DNA of 64,000 nt from Rhizaria sp. SCN 62-66. Lineage: Eukaryota. The position numbers and the translations under genes are program-made. Below are positions 12,086 to 23,886 of this stretch, one piece after another. Under the pieces are notes generated by a model. It was given only the letters and a program-made list of their open reading frames with translations. It was not told where the DNA came from and made no database searches. The stretch covers positions 124,001 through 188,000 of the forward strand of contig MEDY01000004.1 in NCBI GenBank assembly GCA_001724265.1. The letters run 5' to 3'. Each line of letters begins with the position of its first letter. Within the stretch, counting starts at the first letter, position 1.

Positions 12086-12309
12086 GCATCCAAAGACATG
12101 CTAAGAAATTTCTTTACATAGCCAACACATGATAAGTGTATCAATAAATATTGTTTTATTTTCAAACGATGTCCACAAGTACGTTGCAGATTATGCGTTG
12201 ATCGCTTCAGTTAAATATGACCACGCGCAAAATGTGTGCTAACATTTAGCATCACACACCCTCGCGCGAAACGAAACAAGTCGGATGAACAAAACAAAAA
12301 GCTGAGGAG

Positions 12310-12333
12310 TTTTTTTTTTTTTTTTTTTTTTTT
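12310..12333. repeat. T24 homopolymer in a convergent intergenic spacer
   Basis: 24 consecutive T, directly visible. Confidence 0.9.
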
Positions 12334-12646
12334 ATGAGTGACGGAAAATTTCTGATGCGACAGATGATGATTTGTGCTGCAGAGTGCGCTTGAATGCTCA
12401 ATTGACTCGACATCGAAGGAGCGCAACAGGAAACCTACGTCATGATGACGATTGTGTGAGTAAATGATGAATCGAACAGTGATGTGAAAAGAAACACGAA
12501 AAAAATAAACTGAATCAATAGGGTATGCAGAAAGTGACGTTTCAATGTTAACAAAAAGCTAGTAATCGATACGATAGATATAATACATCAACACAAGTAA
12601 CCTTGTGAGAGAGAGTGTTTTGGTGTAAATTGGCATTGTGCGCAAT

Positions 12647-15600
12647 TCACCAGACGTTTTTGGCGAGGTGGAGCGCACGGAGCGCGAGCGTGAGATCGAG
12701 CAGCACGTGCGAGAGCGACGTCATCGCGTACATGAATGCCTGCTCGGTGAGCAGAAAGAGTGTGGGGTACATGGCGAAGCCGTCGGGCGTGGTGTTGACC
12801 ATGCGCTCGCGACACGCGTCGTCGTAGCTGTGCATCAGCTTCGCGAGGATCTTGTACAGCTGACGGATGCGCACGCGCTCAGTGGCCCACTCCATGACTG
12901 CCTCTTGCCGCGCAATCAGCTCATCCTTCTCGGAGTCGGAGGAGCTACTGCTGCTGTCGGAGCTGTCGCTGCCGCTTCCGCTGTAGTCGTCGTCAGAGTC
13001 GTCACGCCGGCCTGAACCACTGCGCTGCGGCTGCTCAGGCGGCTGCTGTTGCTGTTGTTGTTGCTGCTGCTGATGGTTTTTCTGCTCGTGGACTGTCTCA
13101 TGATGCTAATGGTGATGACCGTGGTGATGATGATGGTGATGGTGGCTGTGGTGCTCGGTCTTGGCTTCGTCGTGGTCCTTAGCGGCAGGCACGAAGATGG
13201 TATTGGCGCCCGCACGGCCGTTGTCCTGATCAACACGCGCCATGAACTCTTCCAAGCGTCGGTGCCGCTCATCGCGCTCGCGTTCCTTTTCTTCTACGGT
13301 CGCCGCGGACAGCCCGTGCCGCGACAGCGCCATGTGCGCGTGCGAGTTGCTGTGGTGCATCGCACTGCTGACGCCCGGAAGGAGACTCGACTCGTGCCCG
13401 CTAAGGCGGCATGCATGCGCGCTGGGCGAGCCAGTACGCGAAGGCGGCCGCGACAGCGCGGGTCCGGTACCGGCCGCGGGCGCGGGCGAGGGGCCAGAAG
13501 AGAGCGCGGCGCTGGCGCTAGGGGTCGCGTTGCCCGATGCAGTTTGCCGCCACTGCGCAACCATCTCTTGCAGCGACAGATGGAGCGCCGCTGTGCGCGA
13601 GGCCGCGACACTGGGGTGATAGACCGTCTGCGAGGCCCCGGGCAGCGGCGGGCGGCCCGCCGGGTCGACGGCCACGTGCGCCGGCCCAGGCACGCCCGCC
13701 AGCGCCGGGCTTACGCGCGTGCTGTGGGTCGACGCCGCAGGGTCAGGAGACGCGCCCGCCTGCGCGGGGCTGGCACGCGAACGCGCCAGTTCGCGCGCGC
13801 GCTCCTTCTCGGCCTTGCGCTGGCGCGCCTTTACGAAAGCACGCTTGTCCTTAACGCGGTGAATCTCGGCTTGCGCGTCAAAGTGCGTGCCAAACTCATC
13901 ATCGTCCTCAAGCATCTGCAGCTCTTCCAGCACCTCTAGCGACGGCTTTGTGCGCGAGAAAGACGAGTTGCGCGACAGCTGGCGTCCAAATGGCGCCACA
14001 GCAGTGTCAGGTGCAGCCTTGTCGCCGGTGTTGGCGGTCCCGGGAGCGTCGCCGTCGGACTCGGTGTCGCGGGCAGGGGAAGCGTTGCGCGAGCCCAGCG
14101 CCGCACCGCTGGCGGGAGAAAGCGCAGCGTTTGCAGCGGAGCTCTTTGGCAGCGCCGGAGCAGTGACCACAGGCGCGAACGCCTGGCGGTCGCGCTGGGA
14201 GAGGTCTCCTGCACTGGCTGAGTGGGCCATCCCGCGCGGCGCGTGCGCACGCGCCACCACAATCGTCGGCGGTGCAAGCTGGCTCTGATGCAGGAACTGA
14301 TGCTGATGAGTGTTAGTGGGCGCAGGCGCTGGAGTAGGCACAAGCACAGGCGCAGGTACAGGCACTGTCGTCGTTGTGGGTGCGGGCATAGCGTCAGCGT
14401 CAGCACCAGAAACTGGGGCGACGAGGGCAGCCTGTTTGCGCAGCAGCTCGTTCTCCTGTGCCTTGCTAGTTTCGAGCATCGCACTGATCGTCGCCAACTG
14501 CTGCTGCAGCTGCGCCTGTAGTGACGATGCACTGTCACCACCACTCGAAAGAACACCAGCAGCGGCGTCGGGGACAGTCGCAGTTACCGTGACAGTCGCA
14601 GGCGCGGCGGTGGCGGTGGTGTCGGAGCCGACCACGGAGTCCGAGGGCGAGATGACAAGACTTAGCCCCGCGGGACGCGCGGCGACCTGGCCAGACAGGT
14701 TGCTGGAGCGTGAGCGCGAACGCGAGGGAATGACGACAAGCTCAATCTCGCTGCCGAACGCAGTCGCGGGTTTGCCCTTGCTCTTGCGCTTGCGCGCGCC
14801 CTGAGCAGACTTCTTTCCGCAGCAGCACTCACCGCAGCACGCGCAAAAGCCGTTCCCACAACCAACACGTTTGCGCGCGCGACGGCGCTCCTTACGGCGT
14901 TGCTTGGCGGCCTGCTCTGGCGTCTTGGAGCCACAGATAATGTGGAGCATGCCGGCCTTGGACTCGTCGATGCGGTGGTTAATGTCGTGAATGAGCGCCA
15001 TGAGCACGCGGCACGCGGCGGCGACGAGCTCCGCCATCAGCATCGTCGTCGGCATTTCGGGCTTGGCCTCGTGGCGCAGGCGCCCGCCCGCGGCCGAAAG
15101 GTCGACCTTGGCGACCTTGGGCATGTGGGCCACAACCCAGTGATGCGCGAAGAGACATTCCTGCATGCGGCCCAGCACGCGCACAAGCGTGACCTGATGC
15201 GTGATCACTTCGTGCAGAATGTCGCACGAGATGGACCGGCCCAGGAACGCCGGCTCCGAGGCGACCTCGTCCGCGAGCAGCCGCTGCGCGCCGATGGCGG
15301 CGTTGATGCCCGCGAGCTTGGCCGCGACTTCGCGTTCGTACGCGGTCATGAACGACGTCGAGCTGCGACCCATGACCGAGTTGGGGAAAATCACCTTGAA
15401 CGCCTGCCGCATCGCTGAGTTAGCCGCAAACGGGTTCGCAGTCTGCTGAAGCTGCTGCTGTGCGGACTGATTAGCGCCACCAGCTGCAACAGCGGTGCCA
15501 GCGCCGATGCTCAGCTTGGCGCCCGTTGTGGGGTTAATGCCTGCGGCGGTAAGCGCCTCCGCGGCGACGCGCTCAGCCTCTTCGGCAGCGGACGGCGCGA

Positions 15601-18600
15601 GCGCGTATTCGTCAGCTGACAGCGCAGGCAGCAGCGTGGGCCCGAATACGATCTCGGAGAGCTCAGTTGATGCCGATGAATGGTTGCGCAACAGGTGGAA
15701 GTGCAGTTCAAGCGTTGAGGCCGAGGCCTTGAGCACGGAGACGATGCGCTTGAAAGCGCCAGTCTCGGCGCGCTCCGGCCACAGCGCGGCAGCCACGAGC
15801 ATCGAGACGAGCACGCCGATGATTGTCATCTTGATACGTGCTAGCGCGAAGGTCTCGGCGCCGATCACGGGATCGTAACCTAGTGCAACAATACTTGCGG
15901 CATAACCAGCGGCAAAACCGATGGGCCCGTTGTTGGGACTTGTGCGCAGGTAGCCAACAATGACGGACCAGAAGCCCAGCAGTGCGGCGTTGGCGAAAGC
16001 CCAGTCAGCACCGCGCGAGGAGTCGATTTCGAGGGCGAGAATTGCGACAAAATAGCCATACATCGCACCGAGAACGTTACCGGCGAGACGATTGAAGCCT
16101 GCGACGAGACTGTTGCCGACAGACTCTGTGAAGATGAGGCCAACTGTTATGGGGGCCCACTGCGGCACGTAGATGGTAAAGGGCCACGGGACCAACAAAG
16201 TCAGCGCACTTATCTCAATTGCAACCACGAAACGCAGCGCCGTCTTGATCTTGGTGATGCCCTTCTCGTCGGGCACCACAAGCCACTTCAGCGCAGATGT
16301 GAAGCGTCCCCACGCAGTGAGCTGCGCCGCGGGCGTGGTCTCCGCTGCGGGCGCGCCGGGCCGCGGCACGGCCGTCATGAGCTGCGGCGGCGGCTTCGGC
16401 GGCCCGTCGCGCGCGCGGCGCCAGAACTCCCACATCGCCGTGAAGACGTGCGGTAGCAACACGTCGACGAGCGAGTCGGCTGTGAAGAGCCGCGCCGGCT
16501 TGTAGTAAGTCGGCACGGGTGCGGGCAGCGGCACGTAGCGAGTCACTGAGCCCAGCCCGAGACCGAACAGCGTCTTGGTGTTGACATCGCGGAGCACCGC
16601 CTGCGCCTGTGATCGCACCGCCTCCTGCGACAGCGCACCGGCATGCGACGGCGGCACGTCGGGCTGCGAGGGCATCACCGTAGGCACCGACGTCAGAGGC
16701 TGCGGCTCCAACGGCTCTGGCGGCGGCGGCAACGGCGCTGTCGTCGTGATGCGGTTCGAGCTCTTGCGCGTGCCGCTGCCGCCCACGGCACCAATGACAC
16801 CGGCTGCAGGCTGCTTCTGCTTCTGCGCCGGGGCAGGCGTCGCTGCGGGCTTGTGAGCAGAAGCCGCAGCAACTGCAGCAGCATGCGCAGAGGCTTGCGC
16901 GGCCGCTGCATGGGCGGCAGCGGAAGCCGCCTCAGCGGCCTGCGCAGCGCCAAGCTTCTTAAGATCGATGGCCTCGGGCACGGCCTCGGCCGAGGCACTG
17001 GCGGCGGCGATGTCGACCATGGGCGGCATGATGTCGTCGGCGTGGGCCAGCGCGACAGGCAGCGTGGTGACGAGCGTGGACAACGGGTACATGTGGGGGA
17101 ACACGTGGGGCGCAATGCGGTGCACGAGGCGCGAGGTGAAGCGGTCGAAGTTAAAGAAGAAGTGGTTCATCACAAGCATGTCCTGCACTTTGACGAACTG
17201 CTGCTCTTCTGCGTGTTGGCGCTGGATCTCCTCGGCGCTCTTGCCGCTGAAGCCGCTCGTGACGGACGCGCTCGATGTGGGGGCGCTGTGCAACGGCATA
17301 GACTCAAGTCCAGGCCCAGTCCCGGGCACAGGCGCAAGCGGGGCCGCGGGTGGCGGCAACGGACCCTTTTTCTGTCCGAGCTGCTGCCCCTGCCACTGAC
17401 CCACACCGAGCGCGGGATCTTGAGCCTGGTCGGGCCCCGACGAGGGCGAGGGTGAGGAGGTCGGCGATGGCGACGCTCGAACACCGTTGCCAGCACAGGT
17501 GCTGGCATTGCTCTCGATGCGATTGAGCGCGTTCATCGAGGTGATGCGCTCGAGTGTGGCGGCCGAGTTAGAGTACTTGCCGCCGAGCCCGCGGGACGAG
17601 AACACCGCTGCGGCATAGTCAGCCGAGGCCTGTGATGACACGTCAACAAACGCGCCGCCGGTGGACAAAACAGGGCCTGCCGAGCCAGAGCCAGTGGCAA
17701 CACGCAGACGGGCGTTGCCCGTGCCCGAGCCAGCGCCATGAGCCCCGTTGCCTCCACTGGGATGGAGTGACCCGGTTGACGAGGTGCGCGACGCAAGCGG
17801 GTGAGCGCCAACAGACGCATTGCCGCCGCTGACGCTGTGGTGCAGCGAGGTGGCCGACGCGGCGGGCCGCAGCCCGGCGACAGCGGCGTGGGGCTGCTCT
17901 GCAAGCGCCATCGCGGCCGTCGTGGGCGGCAGTCCGATGCTCGTGATGGGTCGGTGCGAGAGCGTGTGTGACAGCGGCATCTGCTGCAGCGGGACCGAGG
18001 CCTGGTGTGGGTAGGCCGCGGGCACGGGCTCGTTGTCAGGCTCCACTACGACGCGGTTGCGGAAGAAAACGGACTTGCGCGTGCGCGAGAAAGTGCCCCA
18101 CATGTGGTGCAGCGACGCCATGAGCGTCGTGTAAGAGCCGGGAGCGTAGGGCGCGGAAAACGTCAGTGCGGCGTCGGGCGAGCGCAACAACATCGCGGTG
18201 ACTTCGTCGACTTCTTGCACGTCAGCGTGCTCCGCGGACGCAAACTGTACAGCCTCTTGCGCGTTCGTCGGCGCGTTGGGATCCACAACAGCATTTAAAC
18301 CGGCGCCAGTGTTAGCGGCACCGGCGCCAGCGTCCGAGCCCATCTCGATCGCGATGTGGTCAGGATACACGCTCTCGGCGGCCGCGCTAGTCGCGTCGGC
18401 CGCAGCGCGCTGGACGGGCGAAGTTGGCATCTCACCGGCCAACACGGCCGCAGCCGCGAGCGCGGCGTCGGGCTCAAGTCCGCGGGCCTCGCGCGGCGGC
18501 GGCAGAGCCAGCAGAGCGATGGACATGCCCGTGGCGGCCGCGCGCGGCGAGTCCGGGATCGAGTTGCGCCGCACGCGAGTTGCCACAGCGCCAGGGACGT

Positions 18601-21600
18601 GCTCATGCTGCATAGAGCCCGCAGCGTAGCTTTGGGGCATCGCGTGAAACGGCACGACACCGGGGTTCCCAGCAGTTGCGGCGCCACCAGTGGGCGCGGC
18701 CGTGTTCATGGCGGGGCTGGAGGCTTCGGCGGTGGTGGCAGCGTTGTTGGCGGCCGCAGCAGGCGCGCCTAGCACGAGTCGCACGCGCGCGTGGCGTTGG
18801 CCGCGCACCTCGTCCTCGTCGGAGGATGACTCATCCGCGTCGTTGTCTGGGTCCGCCGCGTGGTCCATACCAGCGACGTACACGCCGAGCTTGCGCAGTC
18901 GGTTCTGCACCGACGCGAGCTCGCGCGCCGCCGTCTGCGACGGCCGCCGCGCGCGCTCCGCGGGCACCGACAAGGTGTCCACGCCCGCAGCTATATCCGA
19001 GGTGGAGTAGCTCTCCGCGCGGCGTGGCACGCCGTCGGGCCCGACAGTGCCTGCGCCGACCGCAAAGGTGCGGCTGCGGCCCAGCACGGTGTGGTTGGTG
19101 TCCTCAGTCGCGCCGGGCAAAGCACCACCCCACGGGCCCTGCGTCTGCGCGTGCAACTGCGCTTGCGGCAGTGTGTTAGCATGTTGGAGCAGACCATGTT
19201 CCCCGTCACCAGCAGTCTCAATGTGCGGGGCGATTCCGGCGGCATCCGAGGCGGCGCGCGCACGCACAAGACCGCCCTTCTCGACATCAAACGCGTCGTC
19301 GTCCTCTTCTTCGTCGCAGACCATGGCGGCGTCACGCGAGGCTTGCTCGGCGACCACGGACCGCGCGCTCTGCTGCACACGACTCGGCGCACCGCGGCTC
19401 TTGCCACCTAGACTGCTCTGGCTGTGGCTGCGGCTGCGGGCCGTCGCGGCCAGGTGCTCTGCCGAGTGCGGCAAAACCTCGAACTCATCAGCAATTGCGT
19501 CAGCCTTAGCGGCTGCGGCGACTTCGCGGAGCTCAAGGTCAGCGTTAAGCGCAGCCGTGGCCTGTTGCACTGCGCGGTCAATGCCGAAAAAGGCGTTGAT
19601 GTAAGTGGCGTCGATAGGCGCAAGGTCGTCGTCCTTGGAGACCATCTTAAAAACGAACTCCTTGACGGCTTTGGTGACGTGGCGCATGTCATACTGCAAC
19701 TCCTTGACAAAGGTGCTGTGCATGTACGCACCCGTAACATCCATACGCGTGATTGTGCTCAGCGCCGTCACCATGCCGCGCGCGTTGGACATCATACCGG
19801 AAACCTCGGCCAGGAACTGCTGCGCTGACGTCGACGAATACGGCACGAACGCAACGTGCTTGGGTGAGCAGAACGGCGGGTAAATCGGGTCAGGTGCACG
19901 GAGACCGAAGCCGTTGTTGCGCTTCATGCGCCAGTGGCGCGGGCGGAAGCAGCAACAGAAGGCCTTGTAGAGCGTCCGGTGCAGCCAGGACTCGGCCTGG
20001 AGGTCAGGCAGCTCGGCAATCGAGGCCGCAACTTCGGCGTCAATCTTGCCGATTAGAAACGTTGCCTCCTTGATGAAGAGGTACGTGAACGGCAGCGACA
20101 CTGTATTCGTGTTGGCGGTAGCGATGTGGAGCCCACGGAGGTCTTTGAGCTCGTGCATGCGGTCGATCTTGTCGCCCACGTCGGGCCCAGGCGCGTCGGA
20201 CGCGCGCGAGTGGTAGGTGCGGTCGTAGTTGCTCTGCGTCTGTGTGTGCGAGTGACCGTGCGTCTGGGTGCCCGATTGTGCGTTCGTGTACGTTTGCGAG
20301 CCTGGGGACGAAAAATGGACGCCGCGGTCGCCGTCTGCGTCCACGCGCACGTTGCGATCGCATCCACTGGCGTGGCCATCTGACCCCGTGACAGTCACTG
20401 GCAGTGACAGCGGCGCGACACAGCTAGCGACGCCTGCGTAGACAGGAGACAGAGGCACCGGCGAGGTCAGTCCTGAGGGCACAAAACCAGAGGCAGAGCC
20501 AGTGGCCACGGTCGCAGTCTTGGGGCGGACCGTTGAAACCGAGGAGGAAGGCGGCAGTGAGGGCAAGATAGGACCTGGCGGCGGCGGCAGCGGCCCCTTT
20601 GCGTTATCGCCAGTTTCGAGCCGCAATGCGGTCACAGGGGAGCTCTCGACAAAGGCCATGGGCGACGACAAGGCCGAGACCGCGGGCATCGTGGGCACAC
20701 TGACTGTAGGCGGGATCTCGGAAGGCGGAGCCATGGGCGCTACGGCAAGCCCCGCAAAGGAGGTGCTACCCGAGAGACCCAGCTCCCGCACAATGTGGTC
20801 CTGCTCGCTGCGGCCGCGGCCCTGGCCATCTCGGTAATCGCTGTCGCTGTTGCTGCTTATGCAGGCGTCGTTGAAGCTCGACGCAGGCTCCAGCCAAGTC
20901 GTCTGTGCAGCTGCTCTCGCACCAGCACCAGCACCGGCGGCGACACCTAAGCGCGCGTCCGAGATCGTGGCGGGGAGAACGCGGGCGCGCGCACCGGGGC
21001 TGCTGTTGGTGGTCACAAAAGAGACCTGTCCGGCCAGGGGAGCCGACGCAAGCCCCGACGCATAGCCGGTCAAAGGGGCGCCGGCCACGGGCGTGGACCC
21101 GTGCGCAGGCGTGCCGTTGGCGGGCCGCACGGCCATCAGGGGCACCATGCCCGGCGGCGCGCGCGCAATGGCGGCCCGCATGGCCGCGTACGCTGCGGCA
21201 CTCGCATTCGCGCTGGCACTGGAGCTCGATCTCCCAGAGGCCACGGGCGACAGTTGCTGCGAGAACGCGTCCAGCGGTGCGTCTGGCAAGCCGGGCGACC
21301 CGGGCCCGGTCGGTGCGGTGACCGTAGGTACGTGGTGCCCAGTAGCCCCGGCCTTACTCCCTGTCGGAGAGCTGACGCCGGGGCTGGCGAGCCCGCCGCC
21401 AACGCCGCCGGTGCCAGTGCCAGTGCCGGTTGGAAACCCGGTGCGGAATCCACCGTCGCCGTGGTCGGGCGCGGCGTCGTGCTGGTCGTGATCGGGGTGC
21501 CGCGCGGGCAGCGAGAGCGTGGCGTCGTCGCGCGTTCTGAGCGTGGTACTGTCGGCAGCGGAGAGAAAGCCGTTGGACAGCACGTAGAGCAGGCGCGACG

Positions 21601-22577
21601 AGTGCACCAGGATGCGGTGGGCGCGCGCCTCAAGCGTATCCGAGGCAAGGTGCGGAAATGGCAGGATCGCCATCACGAGGGCAACAGCGACGCCAGCGAC
21701 GGCGCAGGCGAGCGTGTTAACTGGGTACCACCAGACATCACCGCGCCAGAGGAAGACGAAGATGTTGGCGGCACTGAAGCCCCAGAAGAGGCGCATGTGC
21801 GGCGGCATCATGTCACCCTGCAGCATCGCAAGAACAAAGTAGACGATCGCGGAGCCCAGGCCGATGCCGAGGCGCGAGAACGGGAAGATGAGCGAGACGA
21901 GCATCGGCGTAATGGTCGCAGCGACGAGGCCGTAGATGGCCCAGCGTCCGAGACGCATTGATGAACCTAAACTAGTGGAGGACACCATGATTCCAGGAAC
22001 TACAGTACAGTATGGAATAAATGTGAATTTACCGCGCGTCGTTGGATAGACGCAGAGTAGCACTAGCACAAACGTCGTAATGACAAGACTGCAGAGGAGG
22101 GATAGAAAGAGGGCGAGAGAGTAAGTGAGAGAGGTTGATGGTGAGCGCGTGAAAAGCTTAGAATGAGAAATAAACATGAAGTTAGCGTCAAAGAAAAGTG
22201 CACGATGCACACGGCATTAAATTGGGTTGCTTGGCGAAGGTCCGGCGTCCCCAAGAGCCTCCTGGCAGCAGGCACCAGAGTGCTAACACCTGTTAACCGG
22301 CGCGGGATCGACGGTCTACGTACCGGATAACGCTGCGGACCCGTCCCCAAATCGGAGTCATCTGAATCTTGCGACGAAAGCGCTTGTACCAAGGCACGCG
22401 AACCTGCATGTTGTCCGTGGCGGGAGCGTATGGTTCTGAGGGAAAAGCTGTGTCTTTGATCGTGCGAGCTTCCATCTTGAGCTTGGTGGCCACGACGTCT
22501 TCAAGCCCATCAGTGGGCAAAGGTAGGTCAACCCGCGTGGGTGACCGACGCGACGCAGGGCCGGTGGCGCTGCTCAT
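12647..22577 (-). CDS. Giant FUSC/ALMT (aromatic acid exporter-like) membrane protein, paralogue A; exons ~22577-22324 and 22088-12647; ~3231 aa; in-frame TAG at 13108-13106
   Basis: Two hydrophobic blocks; the second reads KTALRFVVAI...QWAPITVGLIFTESVGNSLVAGFNRLAGNVLGAMYGY...ALARIKMTIIGVLVSMLVAAALWPERA, typical of FUSC/ALMT. The C-terminal ELIARQEAVMEWATERVRIRQLYKIL domain shared with paralogue B lies beyond the TAG in the same frame. Start could instead be the ATG at 22649. Ends TGA. Confidence 0.8.
22089..22323 (-). other. Spliceosomal intron (235 nt), phase 2
   Basis: ATC CG|gtacgt...ctctgcag|T CTT GTC; same position and phase as in paralogue B. Confidence 0.85.
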
Positions 22578-23442
22578 TGCGGAATGACGGCCAGGGAGCT
22601 GGAGTAAGGCGAGGGTCCCGAGGCAGCTGGTGTGGCGACACGCCTGCATTTTTTTTTCGGGCAGGTTTTTGAAGGGCAAAAGAGAGCAGGGAAAGGTGTG
22701 AGCAGGTCCGTAAACACATATTGTAGATGGGGAACACACGATTTTGGAGTTAGAGTGTTGGAAGAGCTGTTAAGACATGGATAAACCGAGAGGTTTGTCA
22801 CCTCCCACCCCCTGGCGATGGACATGATGACGATTTGCGCGTGGACGTGGAAAACCATAAGCAGACAGAAAATTATAAAAGCACAGTAGAGAACCTCCAT
22901 AAAATGCACTATCTTTAAATCAACAGATCGCATTGACGTGTCGCTGCACTGCATTTGACTCAAATAGTTACCTCAACTCTCCCGATTCTTTTTAGCGACT
23001 GGCAGCCATAGTGCAGCCATAGACAGTCTACGGACTCGGTCACGCGCAGAATTGGTGCTATTTGATCACGAGTACAATACCAATAATACGATGTACAAGC
23101 AATAGATCTAGATATAATGTTAGACATACATATCATTACATATAAGTACATAATATGGAGTAAAATTCCTCATATAAGACGAAAACGTTGCGTGTTAAAA
23201 GAAATTGGTGACGGCGGACTTTGGGAGTTAACAGCGCGACTCTTAGCTGTCGATACGAGCATGACTTGTAGTTCTCAGGAATTCAATGCGTAAAGGGAAC
23301 TATAATGCAGAGAATTTACACAATAGTATTCGTTTTTGATGCAACGAGCAGGTCATTACTTCCAGACGCTCATACTATTCAGCTTCATTGCGAAGTGTCA
23401 CAATTCGGACAGCCCACACTTCGAGTGTGTGCGAGGTAAGCC

Positions 23443-23594
23443 GAAGACCCAGAAAAGACGCATATGCGGCGGTATCATGTTGTCATGCAGCACTGCAAGA
23501 ACAAAGTACACGGCCACAAAGCCCAGGTTGATGCCGAGGCGCGAGAACGGGAAGATGAGCGAGACAAGCATCGACGTCAGGATGACAGCGACGA
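23443..23594 (-). pseudogene. Relic 152-bp fragment of FUSC/ALMT paralogue A N-terminal TM region
   Basis: Colinear, no indels, with 21776-21927; about 26 mismatches by hand count (~83% identity); flanks are AT-rich and unrelated. Confidence 0.8.
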
Positions 23595-23886
23595 ACAAAT
23601 ATCAAAAGACACAGAGTGAGATCGTCACACGAGACTTTTGTTCAGGTAGTGCAAAATGTTGTGTTGATATAATAAAAGATCTATGTATCGGAATATAAGC
23701 TTCTGCCTCTCAAATACGATCAAAATCGTTGTATAATGCAGACATGCGGCGCGTAGAAGTTGACGATGCGCGACTACAATGCTGTTATCATTAGGAATCA
23801 TAATTAAAAGGAAATCAATAGATTTAAATATTCATATTACACAAGTTTCAGACATATATATCGTATCATAGTGCGGTTTGTAATCC

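Noticed and set aside
12647-13272. ORFs 12647..12895 and 12916..13272 as separate small genes
   Set aside because: The first is the in-frame C-terminus of paralogue A beyond the TAG; the second is an off-frame shadow.
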